From Pelomyxa schiedti (Eukaryota; Protista; Evosea): DNA of 64,000 bases. The DNA lies in the NCBI GenBank assembly GCA_020536535.1, contig JAHLWZ010000867.1:4004-68003 (forward strand). The letters run 5' to 3'. A program made the translations under genes and the position numbers. How positions within the stretch are numbered: position 1 is the stretch's first letter; each line of letters begins with the position of its first letter. Positions 14,580-27,582 of this stretch are shown piece by piece. A model generated the notes under the pieces. It worked only from the letters and a program-made list of their open reading frames with translations, was not told the DNA's origin and did no database searches.

Positions 14580-17500
14580 ATGACCATGGACCGGGGACTG
14601 TCGTTGTCGTTTTTGGCGTTGACGGTGACGCTTGCGGCAGTCGTGTATGCAGACGTGCCGGTGACGTCGAGCAAGGACGTTGTTTTGCACCTCACTTCTT
14701 CTTGGAAAGCCACTCCCCTGTTGTTGGAAATGGGGTACGTTTTTTTTCTTTTTTTTTTCTTTTTTTTTCGTGTGTTCCGTTTCCCCATAATAATGTTATT
14801 TGTGTTTGTTTGTAGAGAGGCAATGGCAAGACAAGGCGCATTTTGGAAATTTGCGGAGGCACTGATGGATGTCAAACAAGCCGTCGGTGAGGAGGCAAAC
14901 AACCAGTACATCCGGGCAATCCAGGTGGCAAAAGAAGTGCTGAACGATGACTGTAAATTGAGCATGCTGAAGCAGGCAATGGCCATGCGTAAGTTTAGTC
15001 CAAGTATTGAGGCCTACAGGTACACACCTATATCTTTTTTGAACCTTGTCACATACCACGTTGTAGGCATGTGGAGCAGGCTTCGAAACAGGCAGTCCTG
15101 TCAAAAAACAACACCGTGTGGTTGGAAGATTCATGCTGGGTTTTATTAGAAAACACTGCTGTTTTCCATATTGAAGAACTTGGCACACTTTTATCCACTG
15201 AGTAGGTCTTTCTATTTTTTGCCATCCACTTGCTTCCAGTTAACACATTAAAGGCGTCCTAACGGCAGACCACTTTTGCATGAGCAGCTTAGTTCATTTG
15301 GGCATTTGTATGGGGAACCCTCTACCTCCACACCCACTGCCATTCTGTATTGTAATATTGGAACCCAGCAATTCATTGACTTCCACAGTACCCTTCCCAC
15401 TCCTCCCAAGTTTTCACCCAACTAAAACATAGATGTTTTGAAAACTGCCTCGCAAAATGGCCAAATAACTTACCTTCTTCGACACCTTGTTACTGCTGGA
15501 AATGGTGTTGTGGGTGGGACAGACACTCCAATTAATATCCCTGGTTATGGGGTTGAGTTTGCATTGAAAAGTGTTGAATATAAAACTATCAATGTCGAGG
15601 AATCAGAAAAGCAAATTCAAACTGACCAAGAAGGTCTTTTCCTTCACCATTTTTCTTGAGGTATACTGACACAGAGTGCAGAAACTCTAAAAGACCAAGA
15701 AAATGCAAAAGAAAGCTCAGAAAGCCCTTTGGGATATGAGCCTCTTTTACCCAATAATGACTTTGACAAAATGTCAAGCAGTGATCTTGGAGGTTTAAGA
15801 GGTTTATTTTCATTCATTATTTAATTGACCTCACCAGCCCTGGGGTTGGCGGCTGTTTCCTTCATATCCTCTTCTGAGAATCCTCTTGCTGCAATGCAAT
15901 ACCTCTCAAACAACTTTCCCCTTGTTGCAATTTCTTTGGCAAGGTCCACTAGGAAGATTTTTCTTTCAAAAACTAAAACCACTGACAGGTCTAAGCGGAA
16001 TGCATCTGCACTGAAGACTCTTTTTGCCAACCAACGTCATGTAAGTGCTGGTGTAAATTCCCTTTCTATCAATGGTCTTGGTGTAGACCCGTCCCACATT
16101 GACCTTTTCAGGTTTTTTCTTTCAATGAGTTGATTTCAATTCACTTGTTTTTTTATAAGTTTAATGGAAATGGTGGATGAAGAACTGCAACACGTTACAG
16201 AGATAACATCCATTGGGATTCCTTCTTCTCTAGCTCTGGACTTGATGCAGCTTGGAGGTCCCAGTGACCACAACCAACCCAAAATCGTATTTGACATCAA
16301 TAGCGACTCAATAACATACATCAATGACCTATCACGTGATATGATGTACTCCCGCTTTGCCAGATCTGTTGGAGCGGTAAGCCCTCATCTGGTCTTTTTT
16401 GGTTTCTAATGGAGGAAAAATTTTTGAATCAAGCTACTTCGACCCAACTATCCCGGACAATTTTACTTCATTGCCAAGAATCTTTGGACTGGTGTATTGG
16501 TCATAAACCCAGGAAATCCAGACTCTCTCTTTATTTCCAACGTTCTTTATGGATTCTTGAGCCAGGTCCGAAGTTCTGTTAATTGTGAAGCATTAATACT
16601 ATCCAGATGCTGCCTCTTCGTTTGGGTATAGTTATGGCAGGTCTTAACATGAATTCAGATGTGGGAGGAAAATGCAGTGGAGTGGAATGCACTTTGAATA
16701 TTCCAAATGAACCTTCACCTGGTGTCTTGGTTGCACGAGCATTCCATCACCTTTGTGACAACACAGCAGGTTTCCTTGGTCTCTACTTTTTGTCTGAGGC
16801 ATGTGTTGCCCGAAATTGTCTTTAATTGTCTCAAGTTCCCTCAGGTTTACCAACAATTCGAAAGGTCAGGAAAACAGCTCCTTACAAACGATCATGTAGA
16901 AGCTGCCTGGAGGTATTCTCATTGTGAAAACCTCGTTGCTGTCCCTAACTTTTCTTTAAGCACACTTGCTGCTCGTCAAACTATTGGCTCGTTCCATGAT
17001 GCGATAAATTCCCTGGAGTATGATCCAAAACTTGCTTCACAAGAGCAGTTTGCCAACGAGAAAGGACTCACCAAATTCCCACTGCTATTTATCAATGGAC
17101 AACAGTGTACCACAGATGATGTACTCTCGATTATCACTCGCATTCAAACTGAATCTGGTTGATAGAGAATTGGATGGGAATTGACACAAATTATCCACGA
17201 TGTGGATGAGCTTCAAGCATTTGTTCAATTGGGTCTTATTGATGACAATACCGATATATACAAGTTCCTATTAAGTACATCGTCCAACCAGTTGGTTTTT
17301 AGTGAAAATAACAAATTTAGGCCAACCTGGAACTCTCTCCAAGTACAGCAAGCATGTTTTTGGAACAAAGCCGAATTATGTAGCCTTGACCGGCAAAATT
17401 GTGTCAGGGGAAGGACTATCTGAGCAGCACTCAGACCTTGTAGAGGCCAAAGTCAACACTCTCTGGAATCAGATTCATTTCTTCCATGCCCCCAAAAGTA

Positions 17501-20390
17501 GGTTAAATAGCTTTTAACCTCCATGATCTTACCAAAGCAGCTGAATATGTTGAAAAGACGCATACACATCTCATTTGTGCAGACTTTGGATCGATGAAAG
17601 GGAAGGAGGTGGCAAGTGCAGCTCTGAAGAATATTGTACATAACTCTACGTTGATGCCCAATTCCAATGTATTTAAAATGGGAACAGGATATCAATACCA
17701 GAGTTGCATTTCTTGACACAGGGAAAACGGTTCCCAATACTTGGCACAGGTTGCATTTGATGGATAGATCGAATTCTCAGGATGCATTAGACATTGTCTT
17801 GGGGTCTGACCAGGAAATGTCCCTAGCACCTGAGGTAGTGGCTCTTCATTCTTTGGGAAGAATGTTTTGTGAAGAAGTCGTTGGCACCACCAACACCACC
17901 TACGCTGTCGTGGCAAATGGCAAGGTTTTAATCCCACTGCTTTTCTTGGTTGTCATTTAGGGCCAACATTGCAGGTCATTGCTTTTCCCAGTGAAGAACC
18001 ACTACAGCCATTTGACTTTAATTTACTTTCTACTATGGACCACATGTGGGCCTCATCAGTATCGAAGGTTCTTACAGACGCCAATTTACAATATCCCGTG
18101 GATCCGGATATCCTCACTGCGTATGTAGCTGAAATCCTGTAAAGATCTGACTTTCTTCATAGAGATTTCCACAGCACTGTTCTGATGAAAGTTCTGTCTG
18201 TCTTAAGTCTTGATAAGAACCGGAAAATCAATCGAGTAAACTGGAATTTAACACCGTCTGTGAACAGACTATACCTTGTACTAGCTAACGTTCCTCAGGT
18301 CATTCACCGTTGTGCCCAAAACCGAGGTCTATAGCAGGATTTACGCAGTAATTGACCCTCTCAGTAAAACTGGCCAAAGAATGGGTGCCTTGATAAACAG
18401 TCTGTGCTCTTTACTTCCTGTGAGAGCTGACATATCCTTGAATCCACCCACGCACTTCGAGTCATTGCCCTTGAAATCTTTCTACCATTATGTCTTTGAC
18501 CCTGAAATTCAGTTTGATGAGAGTGGCAAGTAAGGGATAAAAGGTACTAAATTTTTTTTTTACGTAGCAAAAAGATTACTTCCTATCAATGTGGCACATA
18601 TCTCGTCACTTCCTTCCGCCCGGCTTCTCACTCTCGGTCTTGACATACCGCATTCATGGATAACAATGCCAGTTGAAGCCAAACATGATTTAGATAACAT
18701 CATGCTGTCAGATCTTGGGGCCTCTGAGACACGACTGTATGCAAAGTTTAATTTGGAACATATACTTGTAGAAGGTTACTTCGCTTCACAATCCATGTTT
18801 CTCGTTGCCCACCCAATTGAAAAACCTAGGAAATTGCTTTGAGGTAGTGAACGAGGTTCCTCCTCGAGGTCTGGAATTGGAATTACGTGGTTTTAGCAGT
18901 GACACTGTCTCCGCGGACACACTTGTTATGAGCAATTTTGGTTACTTCCAACTCAAAGCAAGCCCTGCTCCTTGGAGACTCTCGATCAGGGAAGGAAGGT
19001 AACCGTTTACCTCGTCCAGGAACTCAACTAAAGAGAAGAGCCAGATCAAGTAGAATTTTTGAAATGGATGACGCCACACTTGAGAAGGTTGTGGTTCTAG
19101 ATTCCTTTATTGGGAAAACTCTCTCTCTCCCAGTATGTTCGCTCTGGGGTATTTTATTGTTAATGGAGTTCAGGTCAAGAAGAGACCTGGGGAAGAAACA
19201 ACTGAGTTGCTAGGCGATGACGAAACGCAGGAACCAGAAGGTTCTGGTTTTTGGGATAAAATCTCCAGGTAACTAGAGCCCCTTCGACGTTTATAACTAC
19301 TGTCTAGTGTGTGGTCCTCAAAGTCTGAAGTACCAACACAGCAGTTGAGCAATGAAGACAACCGCGTTCACATTTTCTCACTAGCCAGTGGTCACCTATA
19401 TGAACGGTTTCTGAAAATTATGATGCTGAGTGTAGTGCAGCATACAAACAGTACAGTGAAATTCTGGTTCATCAAAAACTTTTTGTCCCCTGGATTTAAA
19501 GATTCCATCCCATCACTTGCTAAACATTATGGATTTGAGTATGAGCTTGTAACTTACAAATGGCCTGCTTGGTTGTTCCCACAAACTGAAAAAATGCGCT
19601 TAATTTGGGGATACAAAGTTCTGTTCTTGGATGTGCTCTTCCCAATTAACCTGAAGAAAGTTATTTTCATGGATTCTGATCAAGTAATCCTTGTTAAACA
19701 AATATGTATTCTCATCAGAATTAGGTTGCCAGAGCGGACATGAAGGAGCTGATGGAGCTTGATTTGCATGGCGCACCCATAGGAATGACACCATTTTGTT
19801 ATGGTGAGAACAAAAGAGAGGAAACTGCCGGATTCAGGTTCTGGGATACTGGTTACTGGCATGAGCACCTCAATGGAAAGCCATACCACATTAGGTCAGC
19901 TTTCATATCGTAATTCGTTTTTTTGTTCTAACCTAGAAACCAGTGCGCTGTTTGTGGTAGATTTGGTGAAATTCAGGAAGATGGCAGCAGGAGACATGTT
20001 CCGTGCACATTATGACTCACTTGCCCGTGTATGCCTTATTTTCCTTTTTCTGGTTTTTCCCCTCCAACCCTTGGCAACAGGATCCCAACAGTTTAAGTAA
20101 TCTGGATCAAGACCTTCCCAACTACTTGCAGGATTATGTCCCACTTTATTCCCTCCCTCCCGAGTGGTTGTATTGTGAAACTTGGTGTGCCGATTCACTC
20201 AAACCGCACGCAAAGACTATTGACTTGGTATGGCTACTCGATCTCTCTGCGGTTTTTTTCCTTATGACTGTAATAACAGTGTAACAACCCAATGACCAAG
20301 ACACCAAAACTTGATGCCGCAGTCCACATCATTGAGGAGTGGAGGGACCTTGACAATGAAATCAAACAGACTGAGAAGGCACTACATTAG
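14580..20390 (+). CDS. UGGT: UDP-glucose:glycoprotein glucosyltransferase
   Basis: Signal peptide; [14 protein letters not shown]; HDLDNIML; [19 protein letters not shown]24 domain: [22 protein letters not shown]...[11 protein letters not shown]...[14 protein letters not shown]...[14 protein letters not shown]...WLYCETWC. More than 20 short introns. Confidence 0.96.
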
Positions 20391-20552
20391 AAAGTAACAA
20401 ACATAAAGGGTTGTAACCCTCTGTGTTCTTGCTTGTAGGAATTTAAATCAAAAACCGCACTTCCTATAAACCGTTTCAACAAACCCATCAAACTCTCTAT
20501 CGACAAGACATTCGTTCTCAGTACACAAACAACGGTTCACAACCGAAAGGAC

Positions 20553-23500
20553 ATGTCTGCGGAACAAGCCTGGCCTCATTGTGTTGTGGTCAGTGGACAC
20601 TGGCACGTCGGCAAAGTTTGTCGCTGTTCCTTGTTGGTGCTTTTTGCGTGGAAAGACAAACGAAATACCGCAGAGAACTCTTGTCGATGAGCTGGAAAAA
20701 CGGTTCGCGACACCGGGACCTACGGGTCGAGTGTGTCGACTAAAAAGTTCAGCTGGTGAGTTGTTAACTATGATGTTATTTGTTGCTGTGAAAATTGATC
20801 TAACAGTTGTGTAAAGGCAAAGTCCATACTCTCCAGTTCACAAGTACCTGGAAGTAAACAACAAACTACTTGCTTATAATAATGAAGATGTTGGACATTT
20901 CGTCAACTCTGAGGAAATTTGTACACGGTACTACCCATTCCAGAGTGCAAGTGCCTTTTTGTTGTGTATTTCTGTGCATATTCCATATGCGATCGAGACG
21001 CTCACTGAGTTGGTTTGTTCTTCTTAATTTTTTTCTATCTTCCAAACACTACCATGCAGTACTTTTTGGAAGCACATGGTTGCGCACCAAAAGCACCCAT
21101 TATCCTTGTTGCACTTAGAGCTGATCTGCATCTAACTGGTCTAACTGGTGTAGAGACTACAGCCAAAACTAGATTAATTCCTCCTACAGAACTGCAACAG
21201 GTATCAAGTTTATTAGACAGCCAATGTGACTCTGCTTAGGTAGCCGACAAAATTGGCGCATTTGCTTTTGTCCAACTCAGCTGTAAGACTGGGCACAACC
21301 TAGGAACGCTTATGAAAATCCTAGCTGACGCTCTGGACTACTCTGAATCACCACACGCATCGCCAAGCTGTAAGTTCCCTTACTTTTCACAGACGAATTT
21401 ACTGTCCAAGCTGGAATTACCAAAGTCTTTGGGAAGCTGTGGTCATCTGATCCCAAACCAAATCCAGCAGAAACAAGAATTATAGGCTCACCCAGCACCA
21501 AACTTACAGGACCGCCATGCAGTGCCCTTGAAATATTTGGTGGTGGTACCAGTATAAGTCCCTCTTTCAGGTCAAACGACTCGGTTATTTCTGCTCACTC
21601 AAACCCAAAACAGTTATGGGCACACCTGTGCAGTACATAAAAATACCCTGTTCTTCTTTGGTGGCAGTGGACCTCAGAAACAATTACGTGCATCTCCTTG
21701 TATTCTAGACATGTCTACCGAGAGCCCGCGATGGGTACCATCTATCGCGGTTGAAAGTGCTCCCACCCTGCATACAACTGCAGCCGCTTCTGCACTACAA
21801 CCTTCCCCACCTGTAATGCCCAAGGAGTCCCTGACAGGAGTAGTTCCTCCTGGAAGCCAATTTGCTGCAGTGGGTTCTTTTCCAGCAATGTGCATTTTTG
21901 CACCCTTGGTCTTTTTATTTGGCGGAACATTTGAAGGCTCATCTACAAACCGCCTCCTTTCTTACGATATGGATGCTGGTGTCTGGAACTGTCTCTTTCC
22001 TCATTCCATCAAGTCCGCAACTGATAACTTTCCTGGTCTGTGTTATGGTGCCTCTCTCATTCGGTAACACTTTCATATCTACTTTCTCATCTGAAGTTTT
22101 CATAGGTTTCAGACTAAACTATTTTTATTTGGAGGGTGCACTCAGGACAATTGCAACTGCCAATTTTTTGGTTAGTTTCTACGGAAACGGTGAAACTGTG
22201 TCCAATAACGGTTGGCAGAATTTGATCTGGATTCTCATACCTGGAGATGCATTCCGGAGTCAACAGCTCCACCTCCCCGTTATCATCATAACGCTTTTGT
22301 CAGTGACATGTATTTGATAGCAGAGGGTTTTTGTTTTGGTAATTCCTTTTATGTAGAGGAAAGATGTACATCTTAGGAGGACTTGGTGCAGGCAATTCCA
22401 AGTTGAGTGACCTGTGGGAATACGATCTGAACTCTCGCTTTGCTGGAAAGCACACAGGTTGGAGGCATATTACAATTACAGGTTCAGTTCGGCCAACACC
22501 ACAGCGTGGTCATGTTGGTTGCATAATGCCATCGTCCAACTCATTCCTCTTATGTGGTTCCTCAAACAGCAATCCACACTGTGAGATATTCCAGTACGCA
22601 AATTCATTTCTCATTTTGATTAAAATTACTTTTAGATTGGATTTGGGTTCATTCAAGTGGAGTCCATTAAGTTTTGAGTCTTCCTCCGTGGCTCGAGAAG
22701 TTTGTGCCTTGCTTCCAACCCTCGATTAACTTGCACTAGTTCCATTCCGTCACCCCGTATGGCTCTTCGTTGCTCATTGCTGGTGGAATGTGGAGAAGAG
22801 CTGAAGGAGGATTTTTAGGTGATGCTTTCCAACTCGTATTCCCCAAATACATCTCGGTTGTGCCATTGTTGGCTTTGGATACCTGGATCTATTTATTGAG
22901 TTTTCTGGAGCTTCCAGATTTATGTCGCCTGAGCCAAGTAAATTCCTTTTCTCTCGATCTCCGCGGTGAAATTTTTTTAGACCTGCAAAGCCTTCTACGC
23001 ACTATGCGGAACAGACGAAGTATGGAAGAACTATGTCGATGAATCCATACGAAACGAGAAAAATCTTCGGCGGAAATGTATTTCAATCCAAGAGAATCGT
23101 ACACTTAAAATATTATCAGTTCTGGGCATTGGATATTCTTGGAGAAACCCAACTCCAGGAGTTTTGAAGTTCACTCCCCAGCACTGGGAGGTTAGTGAGA
23201 AATGAAAACTGTGCCTGTGTATTAATTACCTAGTAGAGACCTAGGCGAGTCATTTATGAGTGTTTCTTGGGTAATGCCTTTATCCTCATGGGAGATTTAT
23301 CAACAAGGTTTGTTATTCCTAAAATTCTTACCATCTTCAATTCTTGTTAGACTTGTTCATTCGGTAAGACCTGGTGATCTTGTGATGACTGAGGCCTACA
23401 AGCCTCACAGGATACAAGAAATCCACAAAAAGAAGGTTGACAAACACTTCAGGTTGTGTAGTGTGAGGAAGCAGCACAACTCCCAAATGGCTAAGCTTTA

Positions 23501-23974
23501 ACCCTAGGATGGTGTTCCTGAATGGCGTTGGACTAACAACAGGCCACCCAGTGTTTGTCAATGGCCAATGGGTTCGCAGTTGTGATATAGCACCCCCAAT
23601 ACTTCTCCGTGAACATCAGCTAAATCTGGAATCGAATGAAGATTTGATCTACAACTTTGTGCTTGAAGGTGGCCCATTGGTAAGCTTTCAGTGGTTCTAG
23701 ACTAGATTTAATCTGAGCAAAGGTGAGCGACCACAGTGTAATTCTGAATGGACTTTTGGTGTGCACCCTTGGTAAAGATTGTGGCGACACATTCCGGATC
23801 AGGCACCCACAGGCCGACTCCAAGTATGGTCCACTGCAAAAACGGCAACTTATTTTCTTTAAATTCTTAGGTACGGAACTGGATTTTGGGTCACCTACGT
23901 TCCTTGTGAGCTCCATACTTAGGCAAGTGTTCTCAACAACTAATTTATTGGGTGGCAAGTGTGGCGAGGTGTGA
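20553..23974 (+). CDS. Multidomain protein: degenerate Rho-like GTPase domain, Kelch repeats, F-box, C-terminal Hint (Vint-like) domain
   Basis: Rho-like: VVVSGHWHVGKRT...SAFLLCISV...CAPKAPIILVALRADL...KIGAFAFVQLSCKTG. Kelch: YGHTCAVHKNTLFFFGG, KMYILGGLGAGNSKLSDLWEYDL. F-box: LALDTWIYLLSFLELPDLCRLSQTCKAFY. Hint: CFLGNAFILMGD...VRPGDLV...LTTGHPVFVNGQW...IYNFVLE...HSVILNGLLVCTLG. Exact 3' end uncertain. Confidence 0.78.
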
Positions 23975-24118
23975 TGAATTTCTATGCGAGCTATCATATT
24001 CCCCGTTTCCCCTGCGCCACAGCAAGTAAAAAGAACACAAAAGTATCCTTTCGTTTTTTTTCTGAACAAATGTTGTGTTTTTGGAAGAGTTTTTGACAGT
24101 GACAACGATGAGAGCAAC

Positions 24119-27005
24119 TTAATGTCCAAGGGGGTTGAGTCTGGGGACTTTGGGAGAGGGTCCTGTTGGGACCGCAGTATCAAGTGCACAACAGCTGACG
24201 GTCGCGGTGGTTGTTGGGGACTGGGAGCATGGGTGGGGCAGTAGTGGTATGAGGAATCCATCTTTGTCTTTTACCGCTCTTTGATAATGAACTGCGGTTG
24301 TGGACTTCTGGGAAATGGTAGAAACAGCGGCACTGGTAGTCCCACAGCATTGTTGTAAAGGTGCAACGGTTCTGCGATGCCGCCCATAAGGAGCCCTGGT
24401 TGCTGGGATGTTATTGGTGACTCTGGTTGGAGCAGGGTTGTAAACACGGCTGCAGAGTGATTCATTTTTAGCTTCCGAGATGACCATCCTCAGGTATCTG
24501 CGTGCTTTTTCTCTGAAGATTTCGACACTTGCTGGATCAGGGTGCCTGGCAAGAACATCCTCGGCTCCACGATGCAGGAACTCAAGCAGCTTCGGAACCA
24601 TGGTTTCACAGGAGCATATCTCCAACAGCCATTCAAAAATGGATGGTAATCCCGTTGCTTCGTCAATGCTGAAGTACTTTCCAGACCGGCCGAGGTCGAC
24701 AAAGACAGCATCAGACACCATTTCAACTGTCAGAAAGTTGTCCGCATACTCGGCAACCGTATCGGCAAGATATTTGTTGGGCATCTCATCGCCAAGGTCA
24801 ATGCAGCTCAGAAGATAAAGCGTTACCACCCACACGTTTCGTGCTCTGAAAAGTGCCATCTCAAGCTCGAGGGCAGGGAATGACTGGGCTACTGGAGAGA
24901 GAATAACCTCAAGTGCAAGGATATGTTTGTTGAGCTTCCGATATCCGATTGCGAAGCGGCCTCCCCCACCCTTCTTGGGGTACGGTCGCAACGTTAGGAG
25001 GGCTTGAAAGAAGATGATGGGCCACTGAACCATTTTCCAGTGAAAGAGGTCGTTGTTGTGCAACCACAGCAGTGCCTCACAATTTACCCCCCTTTTGATC
25101 AACTCCCAAAGAACAGCATTCATCTTGAACCCAGGGTCGCCAGTTTGTGGGTTCCCCACTGCCTCGGCTCTCACAAAGGGAAGCAAAGCATCAGCCACCT
25201 TGAAACTTTTTGATGACACCAAGTAGTGGGAAATTGAGTCCTCCTCTATTGAGCCAAGCACCTCCCTCGGTACTCCAATGAAGTCCTCGGATAACTTGTG
25301 AAAGTGTCTCAGAGCTACTGGTGTCAGAGCGGAGACAAGCAGATCAGACAAAGATCCCTTTATTTCTGCAATAAACTCCGGCTGCGTGAGCATAAAATTC
25401 AAGACCGAGTCGTTGTTGAATGTGCACGCCGTTTTTAGGAGTCCAGAAACTGTTCCTGCGGGGAGCGGTGCGGTGTGCTTTCGCCAACGCACAAGTATTT
25501 CCTCGAAAATAGTCTCCGCTTCATTGGTGTTGTGTCTCGCAATGTTGTACAGGAGGTTGGGAATACTCTCTTGGATACCTTCCTCACCGCCACGTACCTC
25601 TGGGCTGAGAATATGTTTCAACGTGACCCACATTCCAGCAAAAGCAGCCGCCAACGCGATCGTTGGTTTCACGAACGGGGGCCATCTACGTGTCCAAAAT
25701 TCCACAGGAATTTGTGCCGAATCCCAGCGTGTGGGGTCAGCAGCAACCATGTCGAGGATCGCATTGCATGCGGTTCTGAAGGTCTTCTCAGTCGTACACG
25801 CTGATTTAAGCACGGAGGTGCTGAAGCTTATCAAGGGGTAGGTTGACGTCCTTGGTACTGCATTCAAAAGCAGTTGACAAACTTCTGGGTGCTCCCCCGT
25901 TGCGGCACTGCAGAAAGCACTTGTCTTGAGTGTATGGGTGACATCATCATAAAGGAGTTGGGCTCCTACTGGCAGGGCCAGTATGGTCTCTATCAACGGG
26001 GAAGCTCCTGTGAAACTTGCAATTTCAAGCAACTCTCCAACTTGTGGGATGTCATTGATCAGCGTGCATACAATAAGGGTGGAAACCAGCTGTGTCATTC
26101 GCACTCCAAGCTGTGATACTTCCTTTTGGGTTTTTGCCCTTAGCATCGACTGCCTCGCAACGGAAATTCCCATGCAAATGGCCACGCGGAGGTTCTTGTG
26201 ATTCCTATTCTGGAGGCCAAAGTCATCATGGCCACCCGCAGTCGTCAACACAGGCAGGACCGAGACCTCCCTCTGCCACGCATCAAGGAACTCATTCTGT
26301 CCGTGGGCGATGGCGTAAAGAAATGCACCTGTGGAAACTTGTCAGTGATACAACAAGCACTGAAGAATGCAAAGAAACCTGGTGTGGCGCTCGGAAAGCA
26401 GTGAAACCGGGATCTGTACATTGGCAACAAGCACTTGATCGCCACGTCTGGGGTCCCATGTGTGGCACACACGTTGATCATGTTGGAGATACTCCCCACT
26501 CTGCTATTGAGCCACTTGATCGCCTTGCCCAGGCCAAAAGGATAGAATACTTCCGCCATCTTCACAACAAACATGATCTGGTCACTTTTAAAGTGCATCA
26601 GGTGTGCAACTGCCCATGTTGTCCTCCATTGAAGAGATTGCCTTTTCCTCTTGCAGTCACAGAATGCCTCTGGAACGTCTGTGAGTTTCCGTTTTCTATC
26701 TTGCTTCCCGAAAAGTGTTCTGTATACAATTCGCCACATGGTGTCAATTTGAAAGAGAGTCTGACCAAAAGCCCGTTTGCTCTGCGATTTCTTCCTCTCA
26801 CAACCAGCGCTTCTGATTTGTGTTGTTATTGCGATGTCAAGTTGTTTGGAAAGTACACACCCATTATCAGCCTGAACTGTTGCCAACACGGCCTCCTTGG
26901 AATCACCAACAAGAGGTGAGACTGCTGTTCCAGTCGTGATCGACCTAGACTCCGTGCTTCTGTTTTTGTTTTGTAGTTAGTACCTCTGTGTTGTTGATGT
27001 ATGCA
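24119..27005 (-). CDS. Large alpha-helical hypothetical protein (possibly degenerate ankyrin-like repeats)
   Basis: ORFs 26245-26889 and 24119-26251 can be joined by a short GT-AG intron near 26211-26266. Probable short first exon MHTSTTQR. Weak ankyrin-like pieces (FCSAATGEHPEVCQLLL). Ends uncertain. Confidence 0.55.
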
Positions 27006-27582
27006 TGTTAATTGCTAGCATTTTACTTAAAAATAATGCAACTGAAACGCACAGAGTCCCCTGTGTCGGCATCTCACCGCCGACGTTGTTTTGGTTCATG
27101 CTTCGTGGTTCGTGGTTCGACACGAGTGTCCGGGAAAGCGTGTCTTTGCTGGAATGATGGAGAACGGCCACTAAATTTAGCCTCAATTGGATCTGCTCGG
27201 GGCACTCGGCCTCCTGGTCGTTAGGGGCCCAGTACACCTAGAACTACCCGACCACCAATACCGGACAGCAGACTGCACTCTACTAGAGAGTAGAGTTGCG
27301 GGCCTTCACATTTTCCTCCTCCCACAATTTAGTCTACGGACAGAATCGGGAAGTTTTTCTACTCCGAAGAGACACATAAATTTGTGGAGTGTGGGAGATT
27401 GGGCAGAATTGTGACCGGGTCAGGTGTCCGCATCTGATTTCGCATTGCAATTCCCCCCATTGCCCACACTCCCCACTCACCTACCCCTTAATACAATAAC
27501 CAAATCCAAAACAACAATTTTTTTGTGTTTTTTTTCCTACTGGCCAATGGTACGCAATGTAATTGTATTTACACGGTGGCAC

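Noticed and set aside
23261-23830. Calling the Hint region a true intein
   Set aside because: No His-Asn followed by Cys/Ser/Thr, no endonuclease and no substantial C-extein; it fits a Vint/Hog-type cleavage domain better.
27270-27400. Hairpin actctact-agag-agtagagt and Sm-like aaatttgtgg in a spacer
   Set aside because: Spacing and 5' motifs match no snRNA I can recognise; an Infernal/Rfam search would be needed.
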